Source: Gemmatimonadota bacterium
GTDB taxonomy: Bacteria > Gemmatimonadota > Gemmatimonadetes > JACCXV01 > JAHWKZ01
NCBI GenBank assembly: GCA_035687725.1
Contig: DASRVB010000139.1
Span: 1-50,942, forward strand
Direction: 5' to 3'
DNA length: 50,942 nucleotides
Shown here: positions 17,509 to 27,783 of the stretch, in pieces
Position numbering within the stretch: position 1 is the stretch's first letter
How the letters are laid out: each line of letters opens with the position of its first letter
Made by a program: the position numbers and the translations under genes
The notes under the pieces: model-generated
Told to the model about the DNA's origin: nothing
The model's database searches: none
The model's input: the letters and a program-made list of their open reading frames with translations, nothing else

Positions 17509-20500
17509 CTACCCCGGAGCGGGACCCGGGATCGAAACCGGCTGCCGACCGATTTCCGCTCGCAGCGCGGCTTCCGCAGTACGATAGGCCTCTTCGATTT
17601 CCGACAGGGACGCGGTGGCATCCGGCACCACGCCCGCCCGGGCATGCTCCTCGAGCCGCCCGCACGTTTCTGCCAGCGCGCGGGCGCCCAGGGTCGCGCT
17701 CGTTCCTTTGATCGTGTGCGCGCTCCGTCGGACCGCTTCGAGGTCGCCTCGAGTCACAGCGTCGCGAAGCTCCGCCAGGATCCCGGGCGTCTTCTCGAGG
17801 AAGACGGCGACGATCTGATCTACGGGCGCGGTTCCCCCCAAGTCCTCCCGAAGCTGAGCCAGGACCGCGTCGTCCAACGCTCCACGATCGACTGGCCTGC
17901 TCTCCTCGATTCCGCGGTCCACCGGGTGGCTCTTCCCCAGCGCGCCGCGGAGTGCGTCGAGCGTGACGGGTTTCACCAGGTAGTCCTCCATTCCCGCCGC
18001 GAGACATTTCTGGCGATCGCCCTCCATCGCTTCCGCCGTCATGGCGATGATGCGAGGGCGGTGGTTCACGGGCCACCGCGCGCATATCTCGCGGCTCGCC
18101 TCGAGGCCATCCATTCGCGGCATCTGGACGTCCATGAGAACCACGTCATAGGGTTGCTTCTCGAGCCGCGTCAGCGCTTCCTGTCCGTTCGCGGCGATGT
18201 CCGCGGAGTGGCCGAGCTTCTCGAGGAGACGGACGGCGACGTTCTGATTGATAGGATTGTCTTCGGCGATCAGGATCCGGAGCGGCGTCCAATCCGCCGC
18301 TTCCTCGGGACCAGGTGCGGCATCGGCTGCCCGGGCGCCGAGCGCCTCCAGCAGCCGCTCGCGGAGTTGCGCCAGCTTGAGCGGCTTCCAGAGGACCGCG
18401 GAAAATGCCGCCTGCTCCTCCGCCGACAGTGGCTGCCCGACCGAGGACAGGAGCAGCATGACCGGCGCCCTCGCGCCCCGGGTCTCGCGGATCCTCCTTG
18501 CGAGCTCGGCGCCGTTCATCCCGGGCATCTGGTAGTCCACCAGGACCACGTCGAACGGATCCCCGCGCTCGATCCACCGCAGGGCCTCGCCCGGAGAAGG
18601 CGTCTCCCGAGCCAGCATGCCCCACCTCTGCATCTGGAGCTTCAGCACCAGCCGGTTGTTGCGGTTGTCGTCCACGATGAGCACGCGCCGGTGCCTCAGC
18701 CAGGGCAGCTCGTCGGCCTGCGCGGCATCGACCGGCGCCTGCACCTCTTCGGCCACGATCGTGAAATGGAACGTCGAACCCTTCCCCGGCTCGCTGTCCG
18801 CCCAGATCCGTCCGCCCATGAGCTCCGCGAGGCGCTTGCATATCGCCAGGCCCAGCCCCGTGCCTCCGTATCGGCGCGTGGTCGATGCATCGACCTGGCT
18901 GAACATCTGGAACAGCCGATCGAAGCGCTCCTGCGGGATGCCGATGCCGGTATCGCGGATGGAAAACTGGATCTCCCTGCGCGTGCCCTCCAGCCGCCGG
19001 GTCGAGACCGTCACACCGACCTCGCCCTCGGGCGTGAACTTGATGGCGTTCGCAAGCAGGTTCATGAGGATCTGGCGCAGCCGCGCGGCGTCGCCGACGA
19101 TCATGCGCGGCGTGGCCTCGTCCATGAAATAGGTGAGCTCGAGGTTCGCGCCTGTGACCTTGGGCGCGACCAGCTGCAGCGACTCCTCGACGCACTCGGC
19201 GAGATCGAACGGCGCTTGCTCGAGCTCCAGGCGCCCGGATTCGATCTTCGAGAAATCGAGGATGTCGTTGATGATCGTCAGCAGGTGCTGCCCGCTCATG
19301 CGTACCGTCTCGGCCATCTCGCGCTGCTGGGGATCGAGCTCGGTGGTCGTCAGGAGATCGGCCATCCCGATGATCGCGTTCATCGGCGTTCGGATCTCGT
19401 GGCTCATGTTGGCGAGGAAGTCCGACTTGGCCTGCGTTGCGGCCTCGGCCACGATCTTGGCTCGGGCGAGCTCGGCCTCCGCCCGCTTGCGCTCCATGAA
19501 CTGCCCGACCTGTCCGCCGACACCCTCGAAGAGCCTCAGCACGGCGTCTTCGGGAGCGCGCCTTTCCGGGCTGAAGAACTCCATCACTCCGAGGAAACCC
19601 GACGGGCCGATGATTGGAAAGCCGAAGGCGCCATGCAGGTCGGCTGCTTGTGCGGCGGGTGCGCGCGGGAAGTTCGAATCGTCGACGACGTCGACGATCC
19701 AGGCCGCCCGCTCCGAGCTCCACACGCGGCCGGGAAGTCCGATGCCGCGCTTGAACCGGAACTCCCGGCTCACTTCCGCCAGCTGATGCGATCTCAGCCC
19801 GGGCGCTTCCCAGATCTCCTCGCTTCGCAGCACATCCTCGTCGGGATCCACACGCCAGCGGATTCCGAGAACCCACCCCAGGCTGAGGCAGACCGCCTCC
19901 AGCACCCGCGGCATCGCCTCCGCCAATGTCTCCGACTCGACGAGGACGCGCGTCGTCAGGTGCTGCGCCGCCGAGTGGCGCTCGCTGATTCTGCGGACGC
20001 CGTCCGCGAGAGCGAGCGATCGGGCGGTGAACCCGACCATCGTCACGAACGCGAAGACCGCTACCACGACGGCGATGGCCGTGCCGTACTGCCCGCTGAA
20101 CAGGTCCGCGCGCTGGCCACCGATCAGGAGCCAGCCGAGGAGGACCGGCAGGAAGATGGCGACCGGCAGGATGCGGCGTGCGAGGATCCCGCCCGGATCG
20201 TCTCCGATGACCACCGCCACGAGGCCGCGGTCCGCCCTGGCGCAGGCCAGGCCGATCCCGAGCGCCACCAGAGCGGCGGCGGTTCCCAGGGCCATCGGGA
20301 TCTCCTCGCCGAATCCGTACATCGAGTTCACCCCGTAGGCGTAGCCCAGGAGCGACACACAGGCGATCCCGAACGGAACGCTGGCGACCAGCTCCGCGTG
20401 GGTGTCACTCTCGGGCCGGACGAGGAGGAGCAGGGCCACGCCGTAGAGGAAGAGGCAGAGAGCCGTGTTGGGCGCGATGCGATTGCCCGCGAGCCGATCC

Positions 20501-20799
20501 GCGAACAGGAGCTGATCGATGCCGGGGTTGTCCCCGGCCAGGTATCCCAACAGCGTGACCGCGCCCACCAGCGCCACCATGGCCGCCGCCACACGGCTCA
20601 TTTTCCACAGCGCGAACACGGCCAGGGTCAGGGCGATCGCGGTCACGGGGTTCATAGAGACCTGGCCCGGGAGGCCGCCCTTGAGCGGATCGATGTCGAG
20701 CGCCCAGCCGACGAAGACCAGCGCGACCAGCACCAGGATGAAGACGCACGCCGCCCGGCTCAGCGTCACGAGACGGCGCGCGCGATCGACCTCGTTCAT
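17509..20799 (-). CDS. hybrid sensor histidine kinase: multi-TM sensor - GAF - HisKA - HATPase - REC - REC - Hpt
   Basis: About 7 N-terminal hydrophobic helices. H-box [19 protein letters not shown]-boxes DTGIGIP and [11 protein letters not shown]. Receivers [13 protein letters not shown]... and [13 protein letters not shown]...[12 protein letters not shown]. Hpt motif [13 protein letters not shown]. Confidence 0.95.
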   Translation of the reverse strand: MNEVDRARRLVTLSRAACVFILVLVALVFVGWALDIDPLKGGLPGQVSMNPVTAIALTLAVFALWKMSRVAAAMVALVGAVTLLGYLAGDNPGIDQLLFADRLAGNRIAPNTALCLFLYGVALLLLVRPESDTHAELVASVPFGIACVSLLGYAYGVNSMYGFGEEIPMALGTAAALVALGIGLACARADRGLVAVVIGDDPGGILARRILPVAIFLPVLLGWLLIGGQRADLFSGQYGTAIAVVVAVFAFVTMVGFTARSLALADGVRRISERHSAAQHLTTRVLVESETLAEAMPRVLEAVCLSLGWVLGIRWRVDPDEDVLRSEEIWEAPGLRSHQLAEVSREFRFKRGIGLPGRVWSSERAAWIVDVVDDSNFPRAPAAQAADLHGAFGFPIIGPSGFLGVMEFFSPERRAPEDAVLRLFEGVGGQVGQFMERKRAEAELARAKIVAEAATQAKSDFLANMSHEIRTPMNAIIGMADLLTTTELDPQQREMAETVRMSGQHLLTIINDILDFSKIESGRLELEQAPFDLAECVEESLQLVAPKVTGANLELTYFMDEATPRMIVGDAARLRQILMNLLANAIKFTPEGEVGVTVSTRRLEGTRREIQFSIRDTGIGIPQERFDRLFQMFSQVDASTTRRYGGTGLGLAICKRLAELMGGRIWADSEPGKGSTFHFTIVAEEVQAPVDAAQADELPWLRHRRVLIVDDNRNNRLVLKLQMQRWGMLARETPSPGEALRWIERGDPFDVVLVDYQMPGMNGAELARRIRETRGARAPVMLLLSSVGQPLSAEEQAAFSAVLWKPLKLAQLRERLLEALGARAADAAPGPEEAADWTPLRILIAEDNPINQNVAVRLLEKLGHSADIAANGQEALTRLEKQPYDVVLMDVQMPRMDGLEASREICARWPVNHRPRIIAMTAEAMEGDRQKCLAAGMEDYLVKPVTLDALRGALGKSHPVDRGIEESRPVDRGALDDAVLAQLREDLGGTAPVDQIVAVFLEKTPGILAELRDAVTRGDLEAVRRSAHTIKGTSATLGARALAETCGRLEEHARAGVVPDATASLSEIEEAYRTAEAALRAEIGRQPVSIPGPAPG

Positions 20800-22121
20800 G
20801 GGAGCGAGGGAGCCTCGCCTCCGCGGCGCAGTAGCCAGGCCTGGACGCGCGAGCGCACGTGGGCCGGCCGGAAGGGCTTGGTCAGGTAGTCGGTCACCCC
20901 AGCGGCGAACCCCGCCGCCGTGTTCTCCTCTCCGGACTGGGACGTGATCAGGACGATCGGAACGTCGCGAAGAACGGGATCGTCATGATTCCTGAGGGTG
21001 CGAGTGACGTCGATGCCGTCGGCTCCCGGCATCTGCCAGTCGAGCAGGATCAGGGACGGGTGCTCGCTCGCCGCCAGGCGCAGCGCGCTCTGGCCGTCGC
21101 TGGCCGTGACGACCCGGAAGCCGTCCGGCTCGAGCGTAAGCGCCAGGAGATGGACGATCGTGGGGTCGTCATCGACGACGAGCACGGTCTGCGCCCCGGT
21201 GCTGCGGGCCGATGCCGGAGCGCTTTCCGCGCGCCGGATCGGGGCGGCGCCCTCCGCAAGGTGGATCGCCTGCCCTTCGGCCGCCGCGAACACCTCGATG
21301 TGGCTTCCCGCGGCACGGGCCCGCTCGCGGCAGGTTTCGACGAGTCGATCGAGCGCCTCGTCGTCGCGCAGAGGGTCATGATGAAAGAGCGCGAGCCGCC
21401 GGGCGTCGGCCGCGACCCCGTAGTCGGTGGCCCATTCCGCAGGCGTATGGCCCCATCCCGTCTTCTGGGCGTACTCGTCGATCGTGTATTGCGCGTCGTG
21501 GATCACCAGGTCCGCGTCGGTCAGCAGATCGACGTGGCGCCGGTCCTCGATGTGCGTCGGCGGTTCTCCGGGCCGGGCGACGGGGTTCGGCGCGTGAGGC
21601 TCGTGGTCGACCGAGTACACGAGTGTGGCGCCCCCCGACTCCAGCCTGTAGCCGAGCGCGAGCGCCGGGTGGTTCAGATACTGGGTTGTTACCTGGACCC
21701 CGTCGATCGCAAAGCGGCCCTCGCCGAGGTCGTGAAAGCGGATCACGGCGCCCATTTGCTCCAGCGTAACCGGGAAGTAGTTGTACTCCATCTGTCCGGC
21801 GAGCGTCTGCTCGAGCTTCTGTCCGAGCTTCCCGGGCGCGTAGATGTCCCAGCTGTTCCCCGGGACGAACAGCGGCGCGAAGAAGGGGAATCCCTGGATG
21901 TGATCCCAGTGCGTGTGGGTGATCAGGAGGTGGCCGTTCTGGGGCGGCGGAGCCGACAGTAGCGCTTGCCCGAGGCCATGCACTCCGGTTCCGCAGTCGA
22001 GGACGATCAGCGTCCCGTCGGCCGCCCGGACCTCGACGCAGGACGTATTGCCCCCGTAGCGCAGCGTGCTGGGGCCCGGCTTCGCCAGCGACCCCCGCGT
22101 ACCCCAGAACCGCACGTCCAT
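20796..22121 (-). CDS. MBL-fold metallo-hydrolase fused to a C-terminal receiver domain
   Basis: From the internal ATG at 22121: [11 protein letters not shown]...LVLDCGTG...[15 protein letters not shown] (HxHxDH). The C-terminus is [14 protein letters not shown]...[12 protein letters not shown]...VLITS...TDYLTKP. ATGA overlap with the kinase gene start. Confidence 0.85.
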   Translation of the reverse strand: MDVRFWGTRGSLAKPGPSTLRYGGNTSCVEVRAADGTLIVLDCGTGVHGLGQALLSAPPPQNGHLLITHTHWDHIQGFPFFAPLFVPGNSWDIYAPGKLGQKLEQTLAGQMEYNYFPVTLEQMGAVIRFHDLGEGRFAIDGVQVTTQYLNHPALALGYRLESGGATLVYSVDHEPHAPNPVARPGEPPTHIEDRRHVDLLTDADLVIHDAQYTIDEYAQKTGWGHTPAEWATDYGVAADARRLALFHHDPLRDDEALDRLVETCRERARAAGSHIEVFAAAEGQAIHLAEGAAPIRRAESAPASARSTGAQTVLVVDDDPTIVHLLALTLEPDGFRVVTASDGQSALRLAASEHPSLILLDWQMPGADGIDVTRTLRNHDDPVLRDVPIVLITSQSGEENTAAGFAAGVTDYLTKPFRPAHVRSRVQAWLLRRGGEAPSLP

Positions 22122-22294
22122 CCCAGACCCTCGACAGAGCGACAGCGAGCGACGACCCCGTTTCATCCTAACGAGCGGCCGTTTCCGCGCAAGCGTGGAG
22201 GGCGACGCCGCTCCCAACGGGATCTGTCGGATACGGAGGCGATGCGGTAGCATTCGGCGCCTCGACGCGTGATCCGAACCCCGGAGCGAGCCCC

Positions 22295-22954
22295 ATGGAG
22301 ATCCCGATCGACCTGTTCCTGCACGTGGACAGGCATCTCGCCGAGCTCGTGGCCCGGCACGGTGCCTGGGTCTATGGCATTCTTTTCCTCGTCGTCTTCG
22401 CCGAGACGGGGCTCGTCGTCACGCCGATCCTGCCAGGGGATTCGCTGCTGTTCGCAGTGGGAGCGTTGGGCGCCCGGGACGCACTGGACGTGGTCGTGGC
22501 CTCCTCCCTGCTGGCGGCCGCCGCGATCCTCGGCGATACGGTGAACTACGCGGTAGGCCACTACCTCGGGCCGAGGGTCCTCGTAGCACGAGGACGCGAG
22601 GGCTTCTGGGACCGGGCGCTCAACCGCAAGCACCTCGATCGCACGCACGAGTTCTTCGAGCGGCACGGCGGCAAGGCCATCGTCCTCGGGCGCTTCGTGC
22701 CGATCGTGCGGACGTTCGTACCGTTCGTGGCAGGCGCGGGTTCGATGCGCTACTCCAGCTTCATCATCTACAATGTCCTCGGCGGCCTCGCGTGGGTCGC
22801 GATCTGCGTAGGCGCCGGCTACGCGTTCGGCAACGTGCCCGTCGTCAGGGACAACTTCTCGCTCGCCGTGATCGGGATCGTGGCGGTGTCGCTGTTGCCG
22901 ATGGTGGTCGAGTTCGTGAAGAGTCGGAGAGACCGCAGCGAGACCCATTCGTAA
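22295..22954 (+). CDS. DedA-family inner membrane protein
   Basis: YGILFLVVFAETGLVVTPILPGDSLLFAVGAL...HGGKAIVLGRFVPIVRTFVPFVAG is the DedA/SNARE-associated signature. Confidence 0.9.
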   Translation: MEIPIDLFLHVDRHLAELVARHGAWVYGILFLVVFAETGLVVTPILPGDSLLFAVGALGARDALDVVVASSLLAAAAILGDTVNYAVGHYLGPRVLVARGREGFWDRALNRKHLDRTHEFFERHGGKAIVLGRFVPIVRTFVPFVAGAGSMRYSSFIIYNVLGGLAWVAICVGAGYAFGNVPVVRDNFSLAVIGIVAVSLLPMVVEFVKSRRDRSETHS

Positions 22955-22976
22955 CCGTGGGCGGCAGCACAGCCTC

Positions 22977-23684
22977 GTGATCTCCGGTTCGCGCATCCTG
23001 TTCGCTGTTGCGGGGCTGACGGCTGGCGCCCCACCATTGCCCGCAGCCGCCCAGGCCGGAGAGTCGACGTGCGTCGTTCAGCGGATCACCGACGGCGATA
23101 CGATCCGCTGCGGCGACGAGCGCGTGCGTCTCCTCCTGATCGATGCCCCCGAGGAGAATCAGGGCCCCTTCGGGCGCGCCGCGCACGCCTTCCTCGAGGC
23201 GATCCTGCCGGCCGGATCCCATGCCAGGATCGTCACCGACGTGGAGGCACGCGACCAGTACGATCGCCTGCTCGCATACGTCTACCGGCCGGATGGCCGC
23301 ATGGTCAACCACATGATGATCCGGCAGGGATTCGCGGTCCCACTGGTCGTGCCGCCCAACGTTCTGCACGTGGACGAGATCCGGGCCGCCGCCGATTCCG
23401 CGCGCGCTGCGAAGCTGGGACTCTGGGCGATCGATGCCTTCGCGTGCTTGCCGGAGGACTTTCGAGACGGGGTCTGCGCCCCCACGGCAACGCCCGAGCA
23501 CATTCTTCCGCTGGCAGGAGGCTCTAGCGCGGGATGCGCTTCGTCCTACCCCGAAGTGTGCATCCCTCCCCCGCCTCCCGATCTGGACTGCGGCGACATA
23601 CGATTCCGGCGATTCCGTGTGACCGGCTCGGATCCTCACCGCATGGACGGCGACCATGACGGCATGGCCTGCGAAGGAAGCTAG
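22977..23684 (+). CDS. secreted thermonuclease (SNase-like) with a C-terminal Excalibur Ca-binding domain
   Basis: VQRITDGDTIRCGDERVRLLLIDAPE...DQYDRLLAYVY...NHMMIRQGFA...AKLGLW (SNase fold motifs). The C-terminus is CGDIRFRRFRV...DPHRMDGDHDGMACE (Excalibur DxDxDGxxCE). Signal peptide present; GTG start. Confidence 0.85.
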   Translation: MISGSRILFAVAGLTAGAPPLPAAAQAGESTCVVQRITDGDTIRCGDERVRLLLIDAPEENQGPFGRAAHAFLEAILPAGSHARIVTDVEARDQYDRLLAYVYRPDGRMVNHMMIRQGFAVPLVVPPNVLHVDEIRAAADSARAAKLGLWAIDAFACLPEDFRDGVCAPTATPEHILPLAGGSSAGCASSYPEVCIPPPPPDLDCGDIRFRRFRVTGSDPHRMDGDHDGMACEGS

Positions 23685-26002
23685 AGGAACCGCAACAGCC
23701 AGCCGGCCAGGAGATAGAGGCCAACGGCCAGGAGGAGCGCGCCGTCGAGGCCCACGGACAGGGCGATCAAGGGGGCTGCGGCGGCGCCGATCACGGACAG
23801 GAATCCGTTGACGCCCCAGCACCAGGGGATCCAGCGTGGCGCGCGGTCGGCCACGCGCTGAAACCCCAGGGGAAACGGCTGTCCCATGGCGAAGGCGAGC
23901 GGGGCGAGGAGCAGTACGGCCGCGACCATGCGGAGCGCGATCGGCGCGGCCGCCGCGTGATCCCAGAGCAGCTCCTCCAGGAAGCGGGTCACGAGTGCCA
24001 GGACCGCGATCGCGACGAATGGGGCCCGCCATCCGGTTCGCCCGGCTACCCGCGGTGCGAGCGCGCTTCCGAGCCCGGCGAAGACGAGAAACGAAGCCAG
24101 CACGGCGGTCATCGAGTACGTCGGCTCGGCCAGGAAGAGGACGAGTCGCTGAATGGCCGAGATCTCGAGCACCATGAAGGCCAATCCGAGGAGCGCGAAG
24201 TAGGCGAACAGCGCCGCGCGGCCGGGGCTCCGACCGGTGGCCGGCACCGCGACAGGGCGGCGCTCCTCCCGCCCGGCAGGGGCCGACCGCGAGAGCGCCA
24301 CGAGTGGCAGCAGAATCAGAACGGCCGCGATCGGAATCGCTTGCAGGAGCACCAGCCACTGAGCGATGATCCCCCACTCGAGATACGGAAGCGATAACCG
24401 CCCCTCGGAGCGCAGGAGTCGCACGAGGTGCCCGGCCCGCAGGAAATGATGAAAGAAGGGCGCGGAATCGGTGACGGGCTCGACGTCGAACACGTAGCTC
24501 CGGACGAATCGCTGGGGCTGAGGCCCGAGCAGCCCCTCCGCGCTCAGCCGGTACCAGTCCGGATCGAGCAGGTTGTACCGGTTGGCGAGTCCGGGCGGCG
24601 CGCCCGGGGCCCAGCTGAGATCGAACCAGCGCTCCTCGCACCACGATCGCAGCGCCGCGACATCGCCGGGTCCTAGCGGGCGACGGGAGACGACCAGGGT
24701 CGCCGTACTCCATCCTCGGATGAGGGCCACGTGCCGGCCGGCCTCGAACCCTTCGTCGTCGAGCACCCGTCGTGCCGTGGCGAGAAGGCGCGGTACGTCG
24801 CGCGGCGGATCGAGGACCCAGCGCGTGATCGTGAGAACGCCGTCGTCGTCGAGAGTATTCCACAGGTCCTCGAATCCCTCGACCGTGAACAGGTAGTCGG
24901 CGCCCGCGGCGGACATGCCGGCTGCGCTTCCTCCGAGCGAGCCCGGCTGTCCCACCACCACGCGGTCGAACCGCTCGCTGCTGGCGTGGAGCCAGCCCCG
25001 CGGGCTCTGCCGGAACCGGCGTACGCCCTCCAGCAGCGCGGGGTCGAGCAGCAAGTCCAGCCGCGCGTCCGGATCGACGACCGCGACGGACCGGGCCCCG
25101 GCTGCACGGGCCAGCCAGGCCAGGCCGCCGCCTCCCATTCCCACGAGCAGGACGTCGAATCCCGAGTCGGGAAGCGCGAACGCCACCGCCGTAGTCGTCA
25201 TGGACCAGAGGGCCGTGTCGCGGGCGGCGGCGCGCGGGCCGATCGTCTGTCCATCGAGGTAGAGGACAGGTCGCGGGGGCACGGCCTCGCGGAGGGCGAG
25301 GCTCGCGCCGGGCAACGAGCGAAGGACGGGGCTCTCGATCATCTCGAGGCGCCCGAGCGGCCCGTCGTCCCGCGCCAGCACGCGCGCCTGGGGGAGCCGC
25401 AGGGCGAGCGTCCCCTCCTTGTACTGGGACGCGGGGATCACGGGCGGCGGCAGGAACGCCGCTGCGACGATGCCGGCCCCAGCGGCCGCGACGCCCCATC
25501 GCGCGAGAGGGACGACCGCCAGCAGGCCCACCACGGCGATCGCGGCGGGCAGCCGCTCGGACGGTAGCGAGCTCAGGAGCGCGAGACCCAGGACAGCGCC
25601 TGCGCCCGAGCCCAGAAGGTTGGCCGCGTAGACCCGTCCGACCGACTCCCGCCCGATCAGAAAGGCCAATCCCACCGCGGCGCCGGCCAGGAAGAAGGGC
25701 ACCGCCAGGACCAGGTACGTGAGGGTCAGCAAAAGAAACTGCCGCGGCACCGCGATCAGCTCGAAGGCATCGAACGGGATGCGGGCCACCAGGCGATAGG
25801 CGAGCTCGTACGCGACCGCTGCGAGAAGCGCCACCAGACCGTACGCCCGCTGCTCGCGGCCTGCGATCCATCGGCGCCCCAGGGCCAGCGCCGAGCCGCT
25901 CGCGCCGAACCCCAGGAGCGCGAGCGAGATCACCATCGCGGCGAAGTGGGCCCAGTGGGTGATCGCGAGGAGCTGGACGAGCGCAACCTCGTAGGCGAGC
26001 AC
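23681..26002 (-). CDS. polytopic membrane protein with a central spermidine-synthase-like (class I MTase fold) domain
   Basis: Many TM helices on both sides of FDVLLVGMGGGGLAWLARAAGARSVAVVDPD. This architecture is typical of fused membrane spermidine/spermine synthase-like proteins. The start is uncertain: the first helix seems to continue upstream of GTG 26002 (see finding). Confidence 0.7.
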   Translation of the reverse strand: MLAYEVALVQLLAITHWAHFAAMVISLALLGFGASGSALALGRRWIAGREQRAYGLVALLAAVAYELAYRLVARIPFDAFELIAVPRQFLLLTLTYLVLAVPFFLAGAAVGLAFLIGRESVGRVYAANLLGSGAGAVLGLALLSSLPSERLPAAIAVVGLLAVVPLARWGVAAAGAGIVAAAFLPPPVIPASQYKEGTLALRLPQARVLARDDGPLGRLEMIESPVLRSLPGASLALREAVPPRPVLYLDGQTIGPRAAARDTALWSMTTTAVAFALPDSGFDVLLVGMGGGGLAWLARAAGARSVAVVDPDARLDLLLDPALLEGVRRFRQSPRGWLHASSERFDRVVVGQPGSLGGSAAGMSAAGADYLFTVEGFEDLWNTLDDDGVLTITRWVLDPPRDVPRLLATARRVLDDEGFEAGRHVALIRGWSTATLVVSRRPLGPGDVAALRSWCEERWFDLSWAPGAPPGLANRYNLLDPDWYRLSAEGLLGPQPQRFVRSYVFDVEPVTDSAPFFHHFLRAGHLVRLLRSEGRLSLPYLEWGIIAQWLVLLQAIPIAAVLILLPLVALSRSAPAGREERRPVAVPATGRSPGRAALFAYFALLGLAFMVLEISAIQRLVLFLAEPTYSMTAVLASFLVFAGLGSALAPRVAGRTGWRAPFVAIAVLALVTRFLEELLWDHAAAAPIALRMVAAVLLLAPLAFAMGQPFPLGFQRVADRAPRWIPWCWGVNGFLSVIGAAAAPLIALSVGLDGALLLAVGLYLLAGWLLRFL

Positions 26003-26040
26003 GGCCGCCGAGAGAAGCGCCAGGGAGAGGAGGAGCCGCG

Positions 26041-26760
26041 TCAGTGCCCCACGAGCGGAACGAAGCGCACGGGAAGGAGCGAGCGTGTCGTGACCGAACC
26101 GTCGGGGCGCTTCTCCACGAGGACCAGCTGCTGCACCTGGAACTGCCCCCCGACGGGGATCACCATCCGACCTCCGGGATCGAGCTGCTGGACCAGGGGC
26201 GGTGGGATGTGCCCCGCCGCCGCGGTGACGACGATCCCGTCGAAGGGCGCGTGCTCGGGCCAGCCCTCGTACCCATCGCCCTCCATCACGACAACATCGC
26301 TGTACCCCAGGTCGCGCAGGCGTTCCGTCGCCTGCCCGGCCAGGCCGGGGAGGATCTCGATCGTGAAGACGGAATCTGCGAGGTGGCTCGCGACCGCCGC
26401 CTGGTAGCCTGACCCCGTGCCGACCTCCAGCACCTTGTCGCCGGGCTCGAGCTCGAGAAGCTCGGTCATGAGCGCGACGATGTACGGCTGGCTGATCGTC
26501 TGTCCCTCGCCGATCGGCAGCGGACGATCGCTGTAGGCGAGGTCGCGCAGGTCGGATGGGACGAACTCGTGCCGCGGGACTGCCAGCATGGCGCCGATGA
26601 CGCCTTGGTCGGTCACGCCCCGGTCCTGGATCTGCTCGCGGACCATACGGACCCGCGCTTCGACATGCTCGGACCGGCCGGCCTCCTGGGCGTGGGTGCT
26701 CGCCGCTGTGGCGAGGGCGCCGGCGATCCCCAGCAAACCGGACAAGCGCGCCAGTGACAT
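26041..26760 (-). CDS. pcm: protein-L-isoaspartate O-methyltransferase with an N-terminal signal-like segment
   Basis: AMLAVPRHEFVP...AYSDRPLPIGEGQTISQPYIVALMTELLEL..GDKVLEVGTGSGYQAAV...HAPFDGIVVTAAA...QLDPGGRMVIPVG is the canonical PCMT motif set. Start at Met 26760, or at 26805. Confidence 0.9.
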   Translation of the reverse strand: MSLARLSGLLGIAGALATAASTHAQEAGRSEHVEARVRMVREQIQDRGVTDQGVIGAMLAVPRHEFVPSDLRDLAYSDRPLPIGEGQTISQPYIVALMTELLELEPGDKVLEVGTGSGYQAAVASHLADSVFTIEILPGLAGQATERLRDLGYSDVVVMEGDGYEGWPEHAPFDGIVVTAAAGHIPPPLVQQLDPGGRMVIPVGGQFQVQQLVLVEKRPDGSVTTRSLLPVRFVPLVGH

Positions 26761-26955
26761 GCCCGCAAGGTATACCGACCCATGGATCCTTGCCCTATCG
26801 TTCAAGGCCCGCAGGAGGGGGTGTGAGACACCGTCTCGTCGGGCCTGGAAGGGAGCCGTTGCGTTGGGAGAGGTCGGCCACGAATACTTGTGCCCGATGG
26901 CCGTCCGCGCGCCTGCGGGGACGGACGCTGACCACCCACGTGTGCGGAGGAAGAC

Positions 26956-27408
26956 GTGATACGGAATCGGTCGCGTTTGTGGAAGCCGGCGCTCATACTC
27001 GGGCTGTCGCTCGGCTTCTGGGTACCCTCCTCGACTGCCCAGTCAACGGACCAGATCTGGAGCCAGCTCAGCAGCCAGTCTACGCGGGCTTCGAACGAGG
27101 GCTTCGCGAGGTTCAACTACATCATCGGGTACCTGGACCACGACACCGAGCCCGTAGACAACTGGCCCGTGTACCTGTCTGCAGGGAGCTCGTATCGGAT
27201 CGTAGGCGTCTGCGACAACGACTGCACGGATGTCGACTTGTCGCTGGAGGATGCGAAACGAACCGTGCTGGTGAGCGACCTGCTCGAGGACGACATCCCG
27301 ATACTCAATTTCACCCCGAGTACGAGCGCCACCTATTGGATCCGACCCACGATGGTGGCCTGCAGCGTCAATCCTTGCGGCTACGGGATCGCGGTCTTCG
27401 TGCGGTAG
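26956..27408 (+). CDS. secreted 150-aa 4-Cys protein, paralog of 4679..5131
   Basis: Signal-like N-terminus. GVCDNDCTDVDL and CSVNPCGYGIAVF fall at the same residue numbers as in the 4679 ORF. Confidence 0.75.
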   Translation: MIRNRSRLWKPALILGLSLGFWVPSSTAQSTDQIWSQLSSQSTRASNEGFARFNYIIGYLDHDTEPVDNWPVYLSAGSSYRIVGVCDNDCTDVDLSLEDAKRTVLVSDLLEDDIPILNFTPSTSATYWIRPTMVACSVNPCGYGIAVFVR

Positions 27409-27462
27409 CGCGTCGCTTTCGTGCGGTAGCGCGTCCTTCCTGAGACCGTCACGTGGCCCTCG

Positions 27463-27539
27463 TGGTGGGCGCAGGAGGATTCGAACCTCCGACCCCCTGC
27501 TTGTAAGGCAGGTGCTCTGCACCGCTGAGCTATGCGCCC
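27463..27539 (-). tRNA. tRNA-Val (anticodon TAC), CCA encoded
   Basis: The reverse complement GGGCGCATAGCTCAGCGGTGCAGAGCACCTGCCTTACAAGCAGGGGGTCGGAGGTTCGAATCCTCCTGCGCCCACCA folds as a cloverleaf. Acceptor GGGCGCA/TGCGCCC, D stem GCTC/GAGC, anticodon stem CCTGC/GCAGG with loop CTTACAA, T stem GGAGG/CCTCC with loop TTCGAAT. Confidence 0.95.
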
Positions 27540-27556
27540 ACGAGTGGTAACTGAAA

Positions 27557-27562
27557 TTATAG
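27557..27562 (-). promoter_or_regulatory. perfect TATAAT -10 box upstream of tRNA-Val
   Basis: The minus strand reads ...ctgcTATAATttcagttaccactcgt|GGGCGC. The hexamer ends 17 nt before the mature tRNA 5' end. No good -35 box was seen. Confidence 0.45.
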
Positions 27563-27783
27563 CAGAGGCCTGAGGTGACGGGTACCGAAAGCGCTCTGGT
27601 CGGTGAGCGAGTTTGGTGTGCGGTTCTCAAGAGCGTCGACCGTTCCCATGAAGTGGCTGTTGAGGGCCGACGATAGGGCCAGCTTTCCGAGCGAGCCAAC
27701 TGCGCACGAGCTCGATGTGATGGTCTACCGAAGGGGTGCCGTCGAGGGCGGGGCCGTGCTGGATTCTCGGCCTCGGTGGCCGA

